The notes: generated by a model not told the origin, from the sequence alone. A DNA stretch of 63,896 bases, filler included, from Octopus bimaculoides (GCF_001194135.2; 7 parts of 6 records of this genome joined end to end with filler, not necessarily neighbours in it); one strand, 5' to 3'. Counted from the first letter of the whole stretch, positions 1 to 13,745 are shown. Numbers and translations: made by a program.

Positions 1-573
1 TGAGGAAATTGTATTGCACGTGAGTCTAAATGTCACAGAATGAGGGAAAAATTGTAATTTATAGAGTTCGCTTACGATATGAATGGCGAAGAGGTATCCA
101 GCCTAATGTGCGTGTGGTTGCTTACTCTCCTATGAAGTTGCTGTTTGTATGCATACTGCGTGTATGTGTGTGTGTGTGCATGTGTGTGTGTGTGTGCATG
201 TGTGTGTGTGTCTATGCGGGACGTACGTGCACATGTGTATGTGAGTCTGTTATGTGTGTGCATGCTAGAAAAATGTATGGATGTGAAATAAAGGTAACAT
301 ACGTGCATGTAGTTCTGGGTGAATTAGGTGTTAATACACTTTGTTCTTACCATGTGTGTGCATATACGTCACATGTTGAATTGTAATTGAAGTGTGTGTG
401 TTTGTTGCAGTATATTTTATTGGTTTGTATGTATTAGTGTATGTGCAATGTGTTAGTGTATGTGCAGCAATGTTCTTGTACACACATGCGTAATATCCAA
501 GAAAGGTTCTTCAAAATCATATTAGTATTTTATGTCTTGTAACCAATTATGCTATGATTATTTGGTAGAATCA

Positions 574-786
574 TAAGGCGGCGGGCTGGCAGAATCGTTA
601 GAACGCCAGGCAAAATGCTTAGTTGTATTTCGTCTATAAACCACGCTCTGAGTTCAAATTCCACCGAGGTCGACTTTGCCTTTCATCCTTTCGGGGTCAA
701 TAGATGAAATACCAGCTGAGTACTGAGTTCGATATAATCGACTATACCCTTCCCACAAATGGCAGGCCTTCTACCTATAGTAGAAT
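574..786 (+). mobile_element. tRNA-derived SINE (family A, Meta-domain-like), full length with 17-bp target-site duplication
   Basis: A-box-like GGCTGGCAGAATCG, B-box-like GAGTTCAAATTCC, central GACTTTGCCTTTCATCCTTTCGGGGTC. ATTATTTGGTAGAATCA is repeated directly at 557-573 and 787-803. The Meta-domain assignment is from recollection and unverified. Confidence 0.85.
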
Positions 787-954
787 ATTATTTGGTAGAA
801 TCAGGAAAGCTTCAATGATCATTGATGTTAGGATTTCTTAAAGCTGTTTACCATATATATTCTAATACCTCTAAGATTAACTTTGCATTTCAACCTTTCC
901 ATATCGATAATTTATATAAATTACTAATCAATATTCTAGCTGATGGTTAAGCCT

Positions 955-1060
955 GTGAGCTGTCAGAATCGTCAGTATGACGAGCCTAGAGGCATTTGGT
1001 CTTTCTTTACGTTCTGGTTTCAAATTTCACTGAAGTTGACTTTGTCTTTTATCCCTTACG
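955..1060 (+). mobile_element. degenerate family A SINE fragment
   Basis: GAGCTGTCAGAATCGTCAG...GGTTTCAAATTTCACTGAAGTTGACTTTGTCTTTTATCCCTT aligns by eye with 580-695. Confidence 0.65.
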
Positions 1061-1345
1061 ATGCAATATTTTTCTGACTTTGTGCCTATTTCCGAAAACT
1101 TTAGTGGTATGGAAGACTGGCAAAGTTATTAGACCGTTGCAGAAAATGCGTTGCAGTATTTAGCTATGGCTTATTTTCCGAGTTAGGATTCGGTCGAGGG
1201 GAAATTCTTCAACCTATCATTAGTCGAGCTCACTTCCTTCAAAGCACCGGCGAATGAACGTGCCTTTAGACTTCCTTAGAAACAATTCTTCTGTGCAGAG
1301 AATTGGAAGTTTCATTAGAGCAGCCAGTATAATGCCTTAGGCTAC

Positions 1346-1769
1346 TTTTCTTTTATTCTTTTATTCTTTTACTTGTTTCAATCATTTGAATGCGGCCATG
1401 CTGGAGCACCGCTTTTAGTCGAGCAAATCGACCCCAGAGCTTATACTTTGTAAGCCTAGTACTTATTCTATCGGTCTCTTTTGCCGAACCGCTAAGTTAC
1501 GGGGACGTAAACACAACAGTGTCGCTTGTCAAGCGATGTTGTGGAGGGACAAACATAGACACACAAACATATATACACACACCCACACATATATATATAT
1601 ATATATACATATACCATGGGCTTCTCCCAGATTCCGTCTATCAAATCCACTCACAAGGCTTTGGTCGGCCCGAGGCTATAGTAGAAGACACTTGCCCGAG
1701 TTGCCACGCATTGGGACTAAACCCAAGACCATGGAGGTTGGTAAGCAAGCCACTTACCACATAGCCACG
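1346..1769 (-). mobile_element. tRNA-derived SINE (family B, CORE-like/OR-type) with internal microsatellite
   Basis: Minus strand reads tRNA-like head GTGGCTATGTGGTAAG...GGGTTTAGTCCC, then GGGCAAGTGTCTT, internal (CA)/(TA)n, GTCCCCGTAACTTAGCGGTTCGGC and tail GCTCCAGCATGGCCGCA..GAAACAAGTAAAAGAATAAAAGAA. About 10 copies or fragments occur in the window. Confidence 0.85.
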
Positions 1770-4061
1770 TTTTTTCATTTTCAGTTCAAACGGCCAAGAT
1801 GGAGCAGCTTTATGATAGATGGCATTCCAGCAGTCACTTTTTGGGTTTAGTATATAAGTTACACTATTCTCCAATCTGTTCTTTCGTAGATCCAATGTGT
1901 TTTGAGAGTATTTAGCCTCTATTTCTTGCCGGTGGAGTGCTGCTGTACATGTTTCTACACCAGCCCATCAAAATGTTAGTAGTGTCTCGTTGATGCAAGG
2001 CCAGGTACTGTACTTAGTATTTCGCGGCTTTCATTTCACATAAATAAAATAAATATTGTCTTTAAAATCCTATCTACTATAATTGACCATCATACATCTC
2101 CATATCTCTCTTTCTCTCTCTAAAATATAATAAATAAATAGATAAATATAAATAAATAAATATAATAAATAAATATAATAATTAAATAAATATAATAATA
2201 ATTAGACCGAAAGAATAAAATATGGTAGTAGAAACAGGGACATTCCATAATTGCTATAGTCGAAGAATTATGAATAAAAATACCTCATTTAATAGCTGCG
2301 CCTTGTTTTTGCATAAAATATACGCTGAAGCTTCTGTGATTACTAAGAAATTTGCTGAGTTAACGTGCATCAGTAACGAAATCATTCACGTTTGGTTCTC
2401 GGTTTTAAGTTTTTCGTTTTCTTTATAAACTTCAGTTAACGACAGTAATTCTATTTTAATTCTTTAGATCTAATTGTAACTTTTCCCTATTTACAAATAT
2501 TTTCTAGTATCTTTTCAATACTTAATATAATCACTCATTTTCTTTTATATTAATATTTTGATATAATATTGTTTATAGAAATTACTTCTGTTGTATATTT
2601 TATTAATTCCTTTCTGTTTTTCATAGTTCCGTTTTGTTTTCTTATGCCTCGTGTTCTTTCTCTTCAGTCTATATCCAAACAAATTTTCGTTGATGACAAG
2701 CTTTGAATTTGCGAGTTTAGTTTTCCAATTTTTTCATATAATTTCTTCCATTTCACTGAAATCGTGGAGTGTGTAATTTTTATCTTGCTTCGGTCACATG
2801 CTTTTGGCTTCGATTCCACAACACATATATGTTTGAGAGCTAAGGTGTATTATATATATATCCGGATTGATTTCTAGAAACAGAGTGCCACCAACTACTC
2901 GTAGAGACATAGTCCATCATAAGTAAAGTAATAGATTGAGGACGCATTTGGTAATGTCGTCCTATACACAACTACAGATGCTGGACAGATGCGTCTGAAA
3001 TTTGATTGCTCGTAAGCCTTTTCCATCGTGATAATCTTGAGGCTGAAATAACAACCACACCTTGTTATACGTGAGTTTGTAAGACAGTCTCTAGATAGGA
3101 CGTTTGATACTCTGCCTTTAGTTGACATATATGCCTGAATTAACTTTGTATGTATGTATGTATGTATGTATGNNNNNNNNNNNNNNNNNNNNNNNNNNNN
3201 NNNNNNNNNNNNNNNNNNNNNNNNNNNNNNNNNNNNNNNNNNNNNNNNNNNNNNNNNNNNNNNNNNNNNNNNNNNNNNNNNNNNNNNNNNNNNNNNNNNN
3301 NNNNNNNNNNNNNNNNNNNNNNNNNNNNNNNNNNNNNNNNNNNNNNNNNNNNNNNNNNNNNNNNNNNNNNNNNNNNNNNNNNNNNNNNNNNNNNNNNNNN
3401 NNNNNNNNNNNNNNNNNNNNNNNNNNNNNNNNNNNNNNNNNNNNNNNNNNNNNNNNNNNNNNNNNNNNNNNNNNNNNNNNNNNNNNNNNNNNNNNNNNNN
3501 NNNNNNNNNNNNNNNNNNNNNNNNNNNNNNNNNNNNNNNNNNNNNNNNNNNNNNNNNNNNNNNNNNNNNNNNNNNNNNNNNNNNNNNNNNNNNNNNNNNN
3601 NNNNNNNNNNNNNNNNNNNNNNNNNNNNNNNNNNNNNNNNNNNNNNNNNNNNNNNNNNNNNNNNNNNNNNNNNNNNNNNNNNNNNNNNNNNNNNNNNNNN
3701 NNNNNNNNNNNNNNNNNNNNNNNNNNNNNNNNNNNNNNNNNNNNNNNNNNNNNNNNNNNNNNNNNNNNNNNNNNNNNNNNNNNNNNNNNNNNNNNNNNNN
3801 NNNNNNNNNNNNNNNNNNNNNNNNNNNNNNNNNNNNNNNNNNNNNNNNNNNNNNNNNNNNNNNNNNNNNNNNNNNNNNNNNNNNNNNNNNNNNNNNNNNN
3901 NNNNNNNNNNNNNNNNNNNNNNNNNNNNNNNNNNNNNNNNNNNNNNNNNNNNNNNNNNNNNNNNNNNNNNNNNNNNNNNNNNNNNNNNNNNNNNNNNNNN
4001 NNNNNNNNNNNNNNNNNNNNNNNNNNNNNNNNNNNNNNNNNNNNNNNNNNNNNNNNNNNNN

Positions 4062-4304
4062 TCCTTACTGTCAACACAAAAAGATTCTTTGAAATCCTGG
4101 CGGTGCCTTGCACTTTTCTTCAAAAAAATGCTGAAGGATGGAATGATGATGAAAGTTATGGTAAACGACATTGCGGAAAGAGGTGTACGACTGATAGAGG
4201 AATACAATAAAGTGATAACCTATGATAAAGAACAGAAACAATACCTTCTTCAAATTGTTAACATTTATAGATTGTCACTCTCAAACAAAAACAGGAAAAC
4301 ATAA
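4062..4304 (+). pseudogene. DNA transposase C-terminal remnant (hAT-like, hATm-type motif), frameshifted
   Basis: FFEILAVPCTFLQKNAEGWNDDESY in one frame, then VNDIAERGVRLIEEYNKVITYDKEQKQYLLQIV..YR in another. The VNDxAERGV motif is typical of invertebrate hAT-like transposase C-termini; the family assignment is from recollection. The rest is lost in the upstream gap. Confidence 0.6.
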
Positions 4305-4708
4305 CTCTTGCTTCACAAAAAAAAAAAGACGAAAATAAACTTACATAAGTAGTTATGATGAGGCTACTGGGGAAACTTCCACATACAAAAAAGTTAACGT
4401 GATATATGCTGTACCTCACTACGTACTATAGCCAAGAATGTAATCATTTTGTTTTAAACTAGGTTAATTAGGTACATATCAAACCCGTTCCAACGAAAAT
4501 ATCAACAAATTAATACTTTTGAGCACAAACTGAAATACATTTATTTTTAAAGCTTGGTAGCAACCTCTAATTTTCTCTTTTTCAACCCCAAATTTCGCAT
4601 ACAATACTTTGTTAGGAATACTAATAAAATAAGCGGGTGTCTCCATGAAAATTGAAAAACAAATGTTTGACCCCATATTTTCCATCGTACGTATATATGC
4701 ATAAGCAA

Positions 4709-4745
<37 letters not shown>

Positions 4746-5720
4746 NNNNNNNNNNATATATATACACATATGTGTACACTCGCGTGCATGCATGTGATTA
4801 TGTGTGTGCCTGTGCATTTAGTCTTTGGTAATTACAAATGTATGCCACAGCGTTGTCATGAAGATGCATGATAGCGTGTCTTTTAAAAACTGAATCATTG
4901 ATAGATAACTATTGTAAATTACTATAACCACATCAAAACAACTTTCTGCAACCATTTGTAATTTTCGGCACTTCCATCCTTCAGAGGCATTGCATATTTA
5001 TACGATTTTAGCCGCCACGAGACATGTAAACAAGACTAGAAATATCATTGTGTCTTTCAGAAAACAGAAATTAAATTTGCATTGTCCTCTATAGGTTCGT
5101 GCAATTTGGAAGCCACATCGTTTTATAATTACCCACATTTCCACTTGACAAGAGTTTGCTAGCTTTTGAATATTTATCAGAAGCACAGCGTACTCTTCGA
5201 TTGAAATGTGTATTCGTTTGAGTAATGGTTGTGAGTGTGTAATTAATAAACACCAGTATAAATGCAAGTTTAATTTAGAATTTTGATATTAATGCGTGGG
5301 AATCTCTTAAATACTTTGCAGTCAGCGTATAGAAAGCAAATCTTTTTTAAAATCCATATCAATTGATTTTGCTTTGTGTGTAATTAAACTTCAAAGCTGC
5401 TGATCGGTTAGGTAAAAATAAATATTAAGTGACTCAAAACAAGTTAATTTTATTCTGCATATTAAAGAGAAAATTTAGCTAGTTATTGCATCTGCTTATC
5501 ATGTAAAAATATCAATACAATGAATAACTCTCTAATCATGCATCTAATCATGGATCTATCTATGAAATTTCTGTCTTCTATGAATGTAAAGTACTTTACA
5601 AACCTCAACAGCTATCAACAAACATAACATAACTTAAATCACACGACATTTCACTTTAGTTGAATCCACAACATTTACATTCAATTTTTTTAGTTTGCCC
5701 TAATATATATTATCGTTCAT

Positions 5721-5949
5721 CTCTTTTCTTGTTTCAGTAATTAAGACTGCGGACATGCAAGGGCATCACCATGGAGACATTTTCGTTCGAACGAATCGAC
5801 TCCAGTTCTTATTTTTTAAATACCTGATTCTTATTCTATTGGTGTATTTGCCAAACCGCTAAGTTACTGGGGCGTAAACGCACCAACACCGATTGTTAAG
5901 CGATGGGGTGTACAGACACACACACTCACACACAAGTGCGCGTGCTCAT

Positions 5950-6005
<56 letters not shown>

Positions 6006-6162
6006 ATACAGACGGCGGGCTTCTCTCAGTTTCCGCCTATTAAACCTACTTACGTTTTGGTTGACCCTAGACACTAGAGAAAGACACACGCTGAAGGTGC
6101 CAAGCTATAGGACTGAACTCGGAACTGCGTCGCTGTGAAGCGAACGTCTTACCACGCAGCTA
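5721..6162 (-). mobile_element. family B SINE copy with internal (CA)n(TA)n
   Basis: Colinear with 1346-1769: CCGCTAAGTTACTGGGGCGTAAAC, ACGGCGGGCTTCTCTCAGTTTCCG, CCAAGCTATAGGACTGAACTC. Confidence 0.8.
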
Positions 6163-6639
6163 TGCATACGCTAGAAACACTCATTTCTAGCAATGTAAGT
6201 GTCTTGGCACCCTTAGTCACATTTAGTGACGACTAAATTTTTCCTCTGTGGTATCGCATTGCGCTTCGCTGCTTATATTAATTTTTTTTGCATTCACATT
6301 AGCATTTTCCTAAATCATCCATATATATCTATGGTAAATACATATATGCTGACAGAAGGAATTATTCGTCATCTGCCTTGGTTGTATTGGGTACTTAAGC
6401 CGCTTTACAATGGACATAGGGTACCCGCTGGTTTTCAATATTTTTAGGAAGCGTGTAGTGTGGTCACCCTGTCCTCTATCCTGCTACACTTGCTCTGGAT
6501 ACGTTCATTTCTGGCGTATCCTATTTTGGCACCGAGTGGAATTGCTGAAATGTACTGAACAAACATATCTCTACTGGCTGTTTTCCTGTAGAGACGACAA
6601 ACACGCCGAACACACAGAAAACCCAGCAACACATGCTTC

Positions 6640-7109
6640 CTTAAAATACCCCATTTTAGTGAGAGGGTAACTACAGCCATCCGAAGAACCATAAGAAAAG
6701 AAGGGCTAGACATATAATTATCCCACTCCGGCCACTCTCTGAGAAGACACCTCGCAAAGAAACGAGCAAGGGACAGCAATCAATGCTCACTAACAAACTG
6801 TCCCATCCGTGACATTTATGCCAACGGGTAAATGTGTATAAAATACAATGTGACAAATGCAACAATTTCTATATGGGTAGCACAACAAAACCGTTATATA
6901 TTCGCATCAAAGAGCGTCTGAACACGAGAGCCGCTCTCTTGAAAAAACATCTAGACAAACGCTGGAACAACGACAAAAGCATAACAGTCAAAATGAAAGA
7001 AAATGAAAGAAATTTGGGCAATCTAAGAATTAAGGAAGCTATACTCATACACGGACTAGGGCCCCAAATTAACAACATGCTGGAGGTTGGCAGTCAATAT
7101 ATTATTTAA
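6640..7109 (+). pseudogene. Penelope-like element remnant: linker plus GIY-YIG endonuclease
   Basis: LKIPHFSERVTTAIRRTIRKEGLDI*..CSLTNCP then (frameshift) VYKIQCDKCNNFYMGSTTKPLYIRIKERL...LRIKEAILIHGLGPQIN. This matches the PLE GIY-YIG pattern (VYxIxCxxC..YIGxT..L..R..EH; LxxKEAxxI...P.IN). It has stops and a frameshift. Confidence 0.85.
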
Positions 7110-7676
7110 CTAAATCTGGATGCGTGTAGGTTCATTTTTGAAAACATGCTCATGTATTATTTATGAAAAAAAATCGAGAAAAAAACACAGGAAACTGCAC
7201 GTATAATACACAACTTAGAAGCAGCGCTACGGATGTGCCAGCACACACGAGATTGAGACATGGGCGCCCTCACGCACTTCTCATGAGGAATTCCGGAAGG
7301 ATCTTCGTGAGACCACTGAAGAGACGCTTCCGGAATAAAATAAATCCTTGGAAAACCTATTATAGCAGTGATTCGATCAATTCCTTGGGATGTCTGGAGA
7401 AGGAATTTTTATATTCCGAAATATTATATCAGACTATGGATAATTAAATCATAGCAGTTATCATTGTCCATTGTTGTTATTATAGTGTATTGTTGTGCCA
7501 TGCAAAATACATCTTTTACAAACAATACACAATACCTCAAGCGAACTACAATACTCTCTCATATATATATATATATCAACACGCAAAAACAGGATAATAG
7601 ACACTAATGCTCGCGAAACATATATTACTAAAGCTTGTAATAGACTTGTAATTATTTTCAATAAACTGTGTGTGTG

Positions 7677-7711
<35 letters not shown>

Positions 7712-8336
7712 NNNNNNNNNNNNNNNNNNNNNNNNNNNNNNNNNNNNNNNNNNNNNNNNNNNNNNNNNNNNNNNNNNNNNNNNNNNNNNNNNNNNNNNNN
7801 NNNNNNNNNNNNNNNNNNNNNNNNNNNNNNNNNNNNNNNNNNNNNNNNNNNNNNNNNNNNNNNNNNNNNNNNNNNNNNNNNNNNNNNNNNNNNNNNNNNN
7901 NNNNNNNNNNNNNNNNNNNNNNNNNNNNNNNNNNNNNNNNNNNNNNNNNNNNNNNNNNNNNNNNNNNNNNNNNNNNNNNNNNNNNNNNNNNNNNNNNNNN
8001 NNNNNNNNNNNNNNNNNNNNNNNNNNNNNNNNNNNNNNNNNNNNNNNNNNNNNNNNNNNNNNNNNNNNNNNNNNNNNNNNNNNNNNNNNNNNNNNNNNNN
8101 NNNNNNNNNNNNNNNNNNNNNNNNNNNNNNNNNNNNNNNNNNNNNNNNNNNNNNNNNNNNNNNNNNNNNNNNNNNNNNNNNNNNNNNNNNNNNNNNNNNN
8201 NNNNNNNNNNNNNNNNNNNNNNNNNNNNNNNNNNNNNNNNNNNNNNNNNNNNNNNNNNNNNNNNNNNNNNNNNNNNNNNNNNNNNNNNNNNNNNNNNNNN
8301 NNNNNNNNNNNNNNNNNNNNNNNNNNNNNNNNNNNN

Positions 8337-8376
<40 letters not shown>

Positions 8377-8600
8377 TGTGTGTGTGCGTATGTACGTGTG
8401 TGTGTTTACTAAAATTGATGGTATAATTTATATCCATGTGCTAATTGTAATCGATTGTAAGAAGCAGCCAATTTGCTAAAGTAATATCAACCAAGACCCA
8501 CTTACCGGCACTATAAGACAAGGATCGTATTTTGGTCTCTGATTCTACAATTTGTGGCTTGAATTCTAAGACCTTCACGCATTCCTTGGAATTTTATGTT

Positions 8601-8933
8601 CTATGGTTTGTCTGAATTTGTTATGGAACATTTCGCCTCAAATTCGCCACGAGAAATTTCGTTTTAAATTACCTCGCCACGAGAAATTTTGTTTTAAATT
8701 ACCTCGCCACGATAAATTTCGTTTTAAATTACCTCGCCACGTTTGTTTTTTTCTCTTCAATGTCTTACATTGAATGAAAACCTGCCTATTTAATGCTTTT
8801 ATGAAAGCTTTTATCATACTTTGTTATTTTTAAAATGCTGATATACGCTTTATCATTGTCCATACGTTGAATTTGTCTTGCAGCGAATTTCCCTATATGG
8901 CAAAATTTCCTACAACAAATTCTCCGAACACGG
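8601..8933. mobile_element. possible degenerate MITE with subterminal repeats
   Basis: Left end GAATTTGTTATGGAACATTTCGCC resembles the reverse complement of the right end (GGCAAAATTTCCTACAACAAATTC). It contains the 30-bp array. Confidence 0.35.
8645..8741. repeat. 30-bp tandem repeat x3.2
   Basis: Unit CGCCACGAGAAATTTCGTTTTAAATTACCT at 8645, 8675, 8705, with a partial copy at 8735; no spacers. Confidence 0.95.
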
Positions 8934-11900
8934 CCAGGATTAAGAGCTGTGATTTGTTAGTAATATGAAACCATGAAATAATAAATGCCGCAGTGAAACA
9001 AATTAATGTTGATCATGGATGTGATCGTATTTGTGTCTGATCCGCTTCATGAAAGAAAGGAAGGAAAATGCTTGATACACTGTGAACAAAATAAGCCACT
9101 TAATTATACCTAGGATCATTATACTTTGACGATACCAGAAACAATAATACTGCCTGAATTGTGGACATTTTTGCGATCTTTAGTCATCAGTTGATGATGT
9201 AAAATTTCCACAGAAGAAACCGTAGCTTAAATAAAATATGTAATGGAAGTTGTAGCTTAAATGAAATATTACATATAGCATAGAAATACGACTTTTGTTG
9301 TCAGTAGATAAGATATGATATATAAGGTCGGTGGAAAGCAGGAATGGTCGAGAATCTAACTAAATACCTTGTCGTAGTTAAGAATATGTCCGATTACCTC
9401 GGTTTTTAAATGCTTCTTTAGGCTTACATAAATTTTGTCATTCTGATTTATAAAATATATATGAAGTTTCACATTGAATTCTGGTTCATCGAAATTATAT
9501 CAAATTCTGCACAATACGTACTCATGCATTTAAGATACGGGATGAAGAATAGATTTTTTCAAAATGTTTTTCAGATACATGAACAAATAATTACTAATTA
9601 ATGTTTAATATTTTTCTTTCTTTTCTTAAATTTGAATCGTAAACGGTTCACTAAAACGAAGATCGGCACAAACATCTGATAGACAAGCTATAACGAGAAA
9701 AAGAACTAATGATTATCTAAGATGCCCAGAAGCCCATAATGCCATGTGGGATCTATTTTATCTTAGAATATCCTTTCATGATCCATATTATGTGGACGGA
9801 ATTCTGTAAGCATTCTAAACATGTATCGAATTTACTAATGAAAACAAACAAACGAAAATAAAAGCAAAATAAAAGCTTTTAGTTATAGGCCCACAAAATA
9901 TATTCGAGGACGTTTTTATTGATAAATATACAGACAACGAGTTCACAGTTTTAGTATTTAAGGATTCTGTTTATATGAAGGTAGCGTAGCGTCAGAAGAA
10001 TTCCTATTAAGAAATAAAAACAATCCTCGGTGGTTCTGTGATACCATCTGTTGAAAGGTAATGTATAATGTCATTTCTAAGAGTTCAATGCATTTATTCT
10101 ATTGCGAGCTGACAATTAGAGAAAATTAAAAACACCGTTATTTGCAGCTGAAAGATAAAAGTTCAGAAAATAGCATTTTTCTCAGATGGGTTCGAACTTG
10201 ACATAATGAAAGAAGAAATAATGTTTTAATAGAAATAGAGTAAAATAAACTATACAAAAAAGAATAAAATGAAATCTATCAATAAAACATCTAAAATGGC
10301 GGTTAATGCTTTTACAATTTATATTTCTATATTAATGTCGCAGTAACAAGAAAAACAAAACGAAAACTAGTATGTAAACTTTATACAGCAATTTCGAAAA
10401 TATAATTATTACTTGAAATAACTAACTCTTGTTATGTGGTTTCTGGAATTAAATACAAACAAAATAAAATAAGAAACCTTACGCAATAATTATTTATAAT
10501 TGAAAGGAATTGTTAACCAAAGAATACAACTTCAAACATATTTTGTTCTCGTTTAATTTTTCTCTTTCAATGTGTATGACGAAGTGAAAGACTTGACTAT
10601 ATTGCATATGATGTCAATGGTAAAAGATTCCGTGATGAAAAGCTTCACTGAAAAATGTTTTTAAAACTAATTTCGGGTTGTGATACTAATGCTCAATACT
10701 ACTTGTATGAGCGGTGGTACCGTTGATTGTAGCAGTAGCAAGAGTTAGAGTAACAATAAGAGCAGGTGTAGTTCTAGCTCCAGTTGCAGTTCTAGTAGTT
10801 GCTGTATCTCCAGTAGCTGTGGTAGCAGCAGCACTGTTAGTAGAAGAGATAGCGAGGTCATGGTATTCTTTAACCCTGGATCAAATGTTATCAACCACCG
10901 GTGAGAGGTTAGAACACTTGTATAAGAATCGCAACCTTTATTCGAAAATCAACCAACTCACAGTCCGTACTTAGAAGGTCAGAAATATATCCTTAATGAT
11001 ATTCTTATAAATCACGATATTTTCTGAGAACGATGACGCAGGTTTTGAGAACTGCTCCTTAAATTGCATGGGCAAATTTGGATCGAGCTGCTCGTATAGC
11101 CTTATTCGCTGCATTTAGTGCACTATTTTTGGAATACAACATGACAATATATACAGTTGCCCATGCCTCAGATACGAAATTTACTTAACGGTATTAGATT
11201 CCGTTCTTTGCTGTCCTGTTTCAAAAATAATCACTTGTAAAGGGAGGATTTCGAGTGGGCTAAATGTATTCCAATGTACGAAATCACAATTAGTCTGACA
11301 TATTGGCTTATTTCTTTTATCAGACAGAAAGCAATGTGATTAAACCCAGACGGAAAGAGAAGATACGTAATTTAGAATGCCTGTTTGCATTGCTGGCCCC
11401 GTGTAAAATAGATGTTCGAGAGTGAGACGGAAGGATTGGAAGTGGAAACACTATTTGAGTGACAGTGATAGGAAACCGAGTAAGGTGGGGATGAGATTGA
11501 ATGAGAAACAGAGAAATAGTATAAGTAATGAGAGAGAAATAGTGATTTGAAGAAAACGGGACAATGACACACAGAGGGTAGGAAGAGAAGAATACTAGGC
11601 GAAGCAAATGAGCAGGGTAAGGGAAATCAGGGAGGAGATGAAGAGCTCCCAATACTAGCCTGGGTATGTATATACGTATAGAGTGAAGCGTACTTAGAAA
11701 TACAATGTTATCATTTGTGTAGATGTTGAACATCTTCCACTTGCTTAACACATCTTTTCGTTCCCTTTAATATAAGGTTTCATGTGAAACGTCAAATTCT
11801 TTCTTCCCATTTCCATTGCACATTTTCCGTTCTATCTTTTCGAGTGGTATTGCTAGTATTTTCGGTTAAATCTTTTCACTCGCTGTATTGATGAGATATA

Positions 11901-13676
11901 TATATATATATATATTTACCTACAGCCTTACGTAGACGCAAAACAGGATGAGGCTACTTCGTGGATTTGCCACAAAAACAACAAAAATATCCTCTAACGA
12001 TTATGCCATAATGAATGATTTTTTTGATATCCAGCACCCACCATATTGTTTGAGGTCGAATTGTTGTGTGTAGATTCTTGCATAGCAAATATTCGTTTGA
12101 TTCTTATATACCATGTTAAAATTTGCCATCGATTTCAATGGTTTCACTGCAATAGAAAGAATTCAAAGCATAAGAATTAGTCTCAGTACAGTAAAAGTAT
12201 TCGTAAATTAATATTTAACGCAAAATAATTAACGTATTTGAAATCACGACTATATTATTTTCGAATAGCTCTGTAGTAACTTGACGTAAAATCAATTCAA
12301 TTATTAAAAGTTCAGTGTTTGGTTACTAAAGTTCGAAACATGCGTCTTATCTAATGCTGGAGAGTTATTTTAAATCTATATTTCGAACAGAAATATTTTG
12401 CTTTTTTACGTATTTTTATCTTTGATTTTAACATTATCGAAAAGGAGCTATTCCTGCCTGGAATATTGCTTTCATCCGATACAAATGAAACTAATCACAG
12501 CAACTTTTGATGTAACTTTACAAAGTTCGTTTAACTATATTCCTAGAATATTGGAAACTTCATTTATTTTGAAATTTAATGACTGATTATCTAAAATAGG
12601 AAGTTGCTAAAGTTTTTGTCTTTTATTTGTTATACATTTTTACAATTGTATTTTATTGGATAAATTAAAAATACATTGTGTTACAGCAGAGTTGAAGAAA
12701 GGAATTTTCGTGATATTTTAGTACTGCGCCATACTATAAACAGTTCACATCGCTATTGATTTTAGATAGCGTCACACATATACTGTACAATGTTTACAAC
12801 ATCCATTTTATACAATTGACTTATGATAAATTAGTACCCTTTTGTATCAATTATTCTCGTTATATTTTCGCATATTATTTCATTGATATTTGATATGTCA
12901 CTACCTTTAGAATTACTTACTGCTCAGTGAGTCTCCTGCAGATTGTAATATCGTAATTGCAGTGTTTCTCTGCAACTGATCGAAACTTTTTCCCCGACTA
13001 AAATGTCAGTCGATGATGACGGCTATATTCTCAGACATAGCAGCAACAACAACAGCAGCAGCAGCAACAACAACAACAGCAGCAGCATCAACAACAACAA
13101 TGATAATGAACAGGATAATTATAAAATATATCGTTATTTTCCCTGTCATAGTATATAAATTGATTGCATTTATTTCAATATTTATCGAATAAAATTAACA
13201 ATCAGTCTATTTTCCTACGACACCTTATGAAAGAAGTGTTATGAAATCATAGAAAGCGATTATATTTAATTCGTGCGTACCTAGTTACCCTTTCTACCGC
13301 TGAACTCTATTATTTTCCAAATACCAGTAGTACATGTAAACAATGTACAAAATATTGCTTTGATATTTACCAGAATATGCGTGACGTAATTGTAGTTGCT
13401 CTGTACTCATTCTTGCCACAATCCACAACGAATTTTCATAACTTCGATAATAGAGAAGGAATGACTGTCAGTAAAAATTCGTTTTGCAACCATATGGTTT
13501 CAAGTTCAGTGTTCCCGCAGGACATCTAATGCAATTTCCTCAACTACTGTTGCCTTATGAGATGGAAGATGGATACAGTGTGACGGCCAATACATACGTA
13601 CATACATATATATATATAAATATATATATGTAAATGTATGCGTGTATACATGCAAATACACACACACACATACACA

Positions 13677-13745
<69 letters not shown>

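Noticed and set aside
5070-5165. Possible host exon after a TAG acceptor-like site
   Set aside because: It gives only short open frames with no recognisable protein similarity and no supporting partner exons.
7310-7350. CTGAAGA downstream of the Penelope remnant as its terminal hammerhead
   Set aside because: There is no GAAAC box or convincing stem II (GACGCTTCCG-GAATA); too decayed to call.
8645-8741. 30-bp direct repeats resembling a CRISPR array
   Set aside because: The units are contiguous with no spacers, the context is eukaryotic and there are no cas genes.
10714-10974. Hydrophobic 86-aa ORF
   Set aside because: It is a decayed (AGT/AGC)n low-complexity tract.
11320-11751. 143-aa minus-strand ORF
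   Set aside because: It arises from a pyrimidine-rich strand that is naturally poor in stops; it has no motif or coding-like composition.
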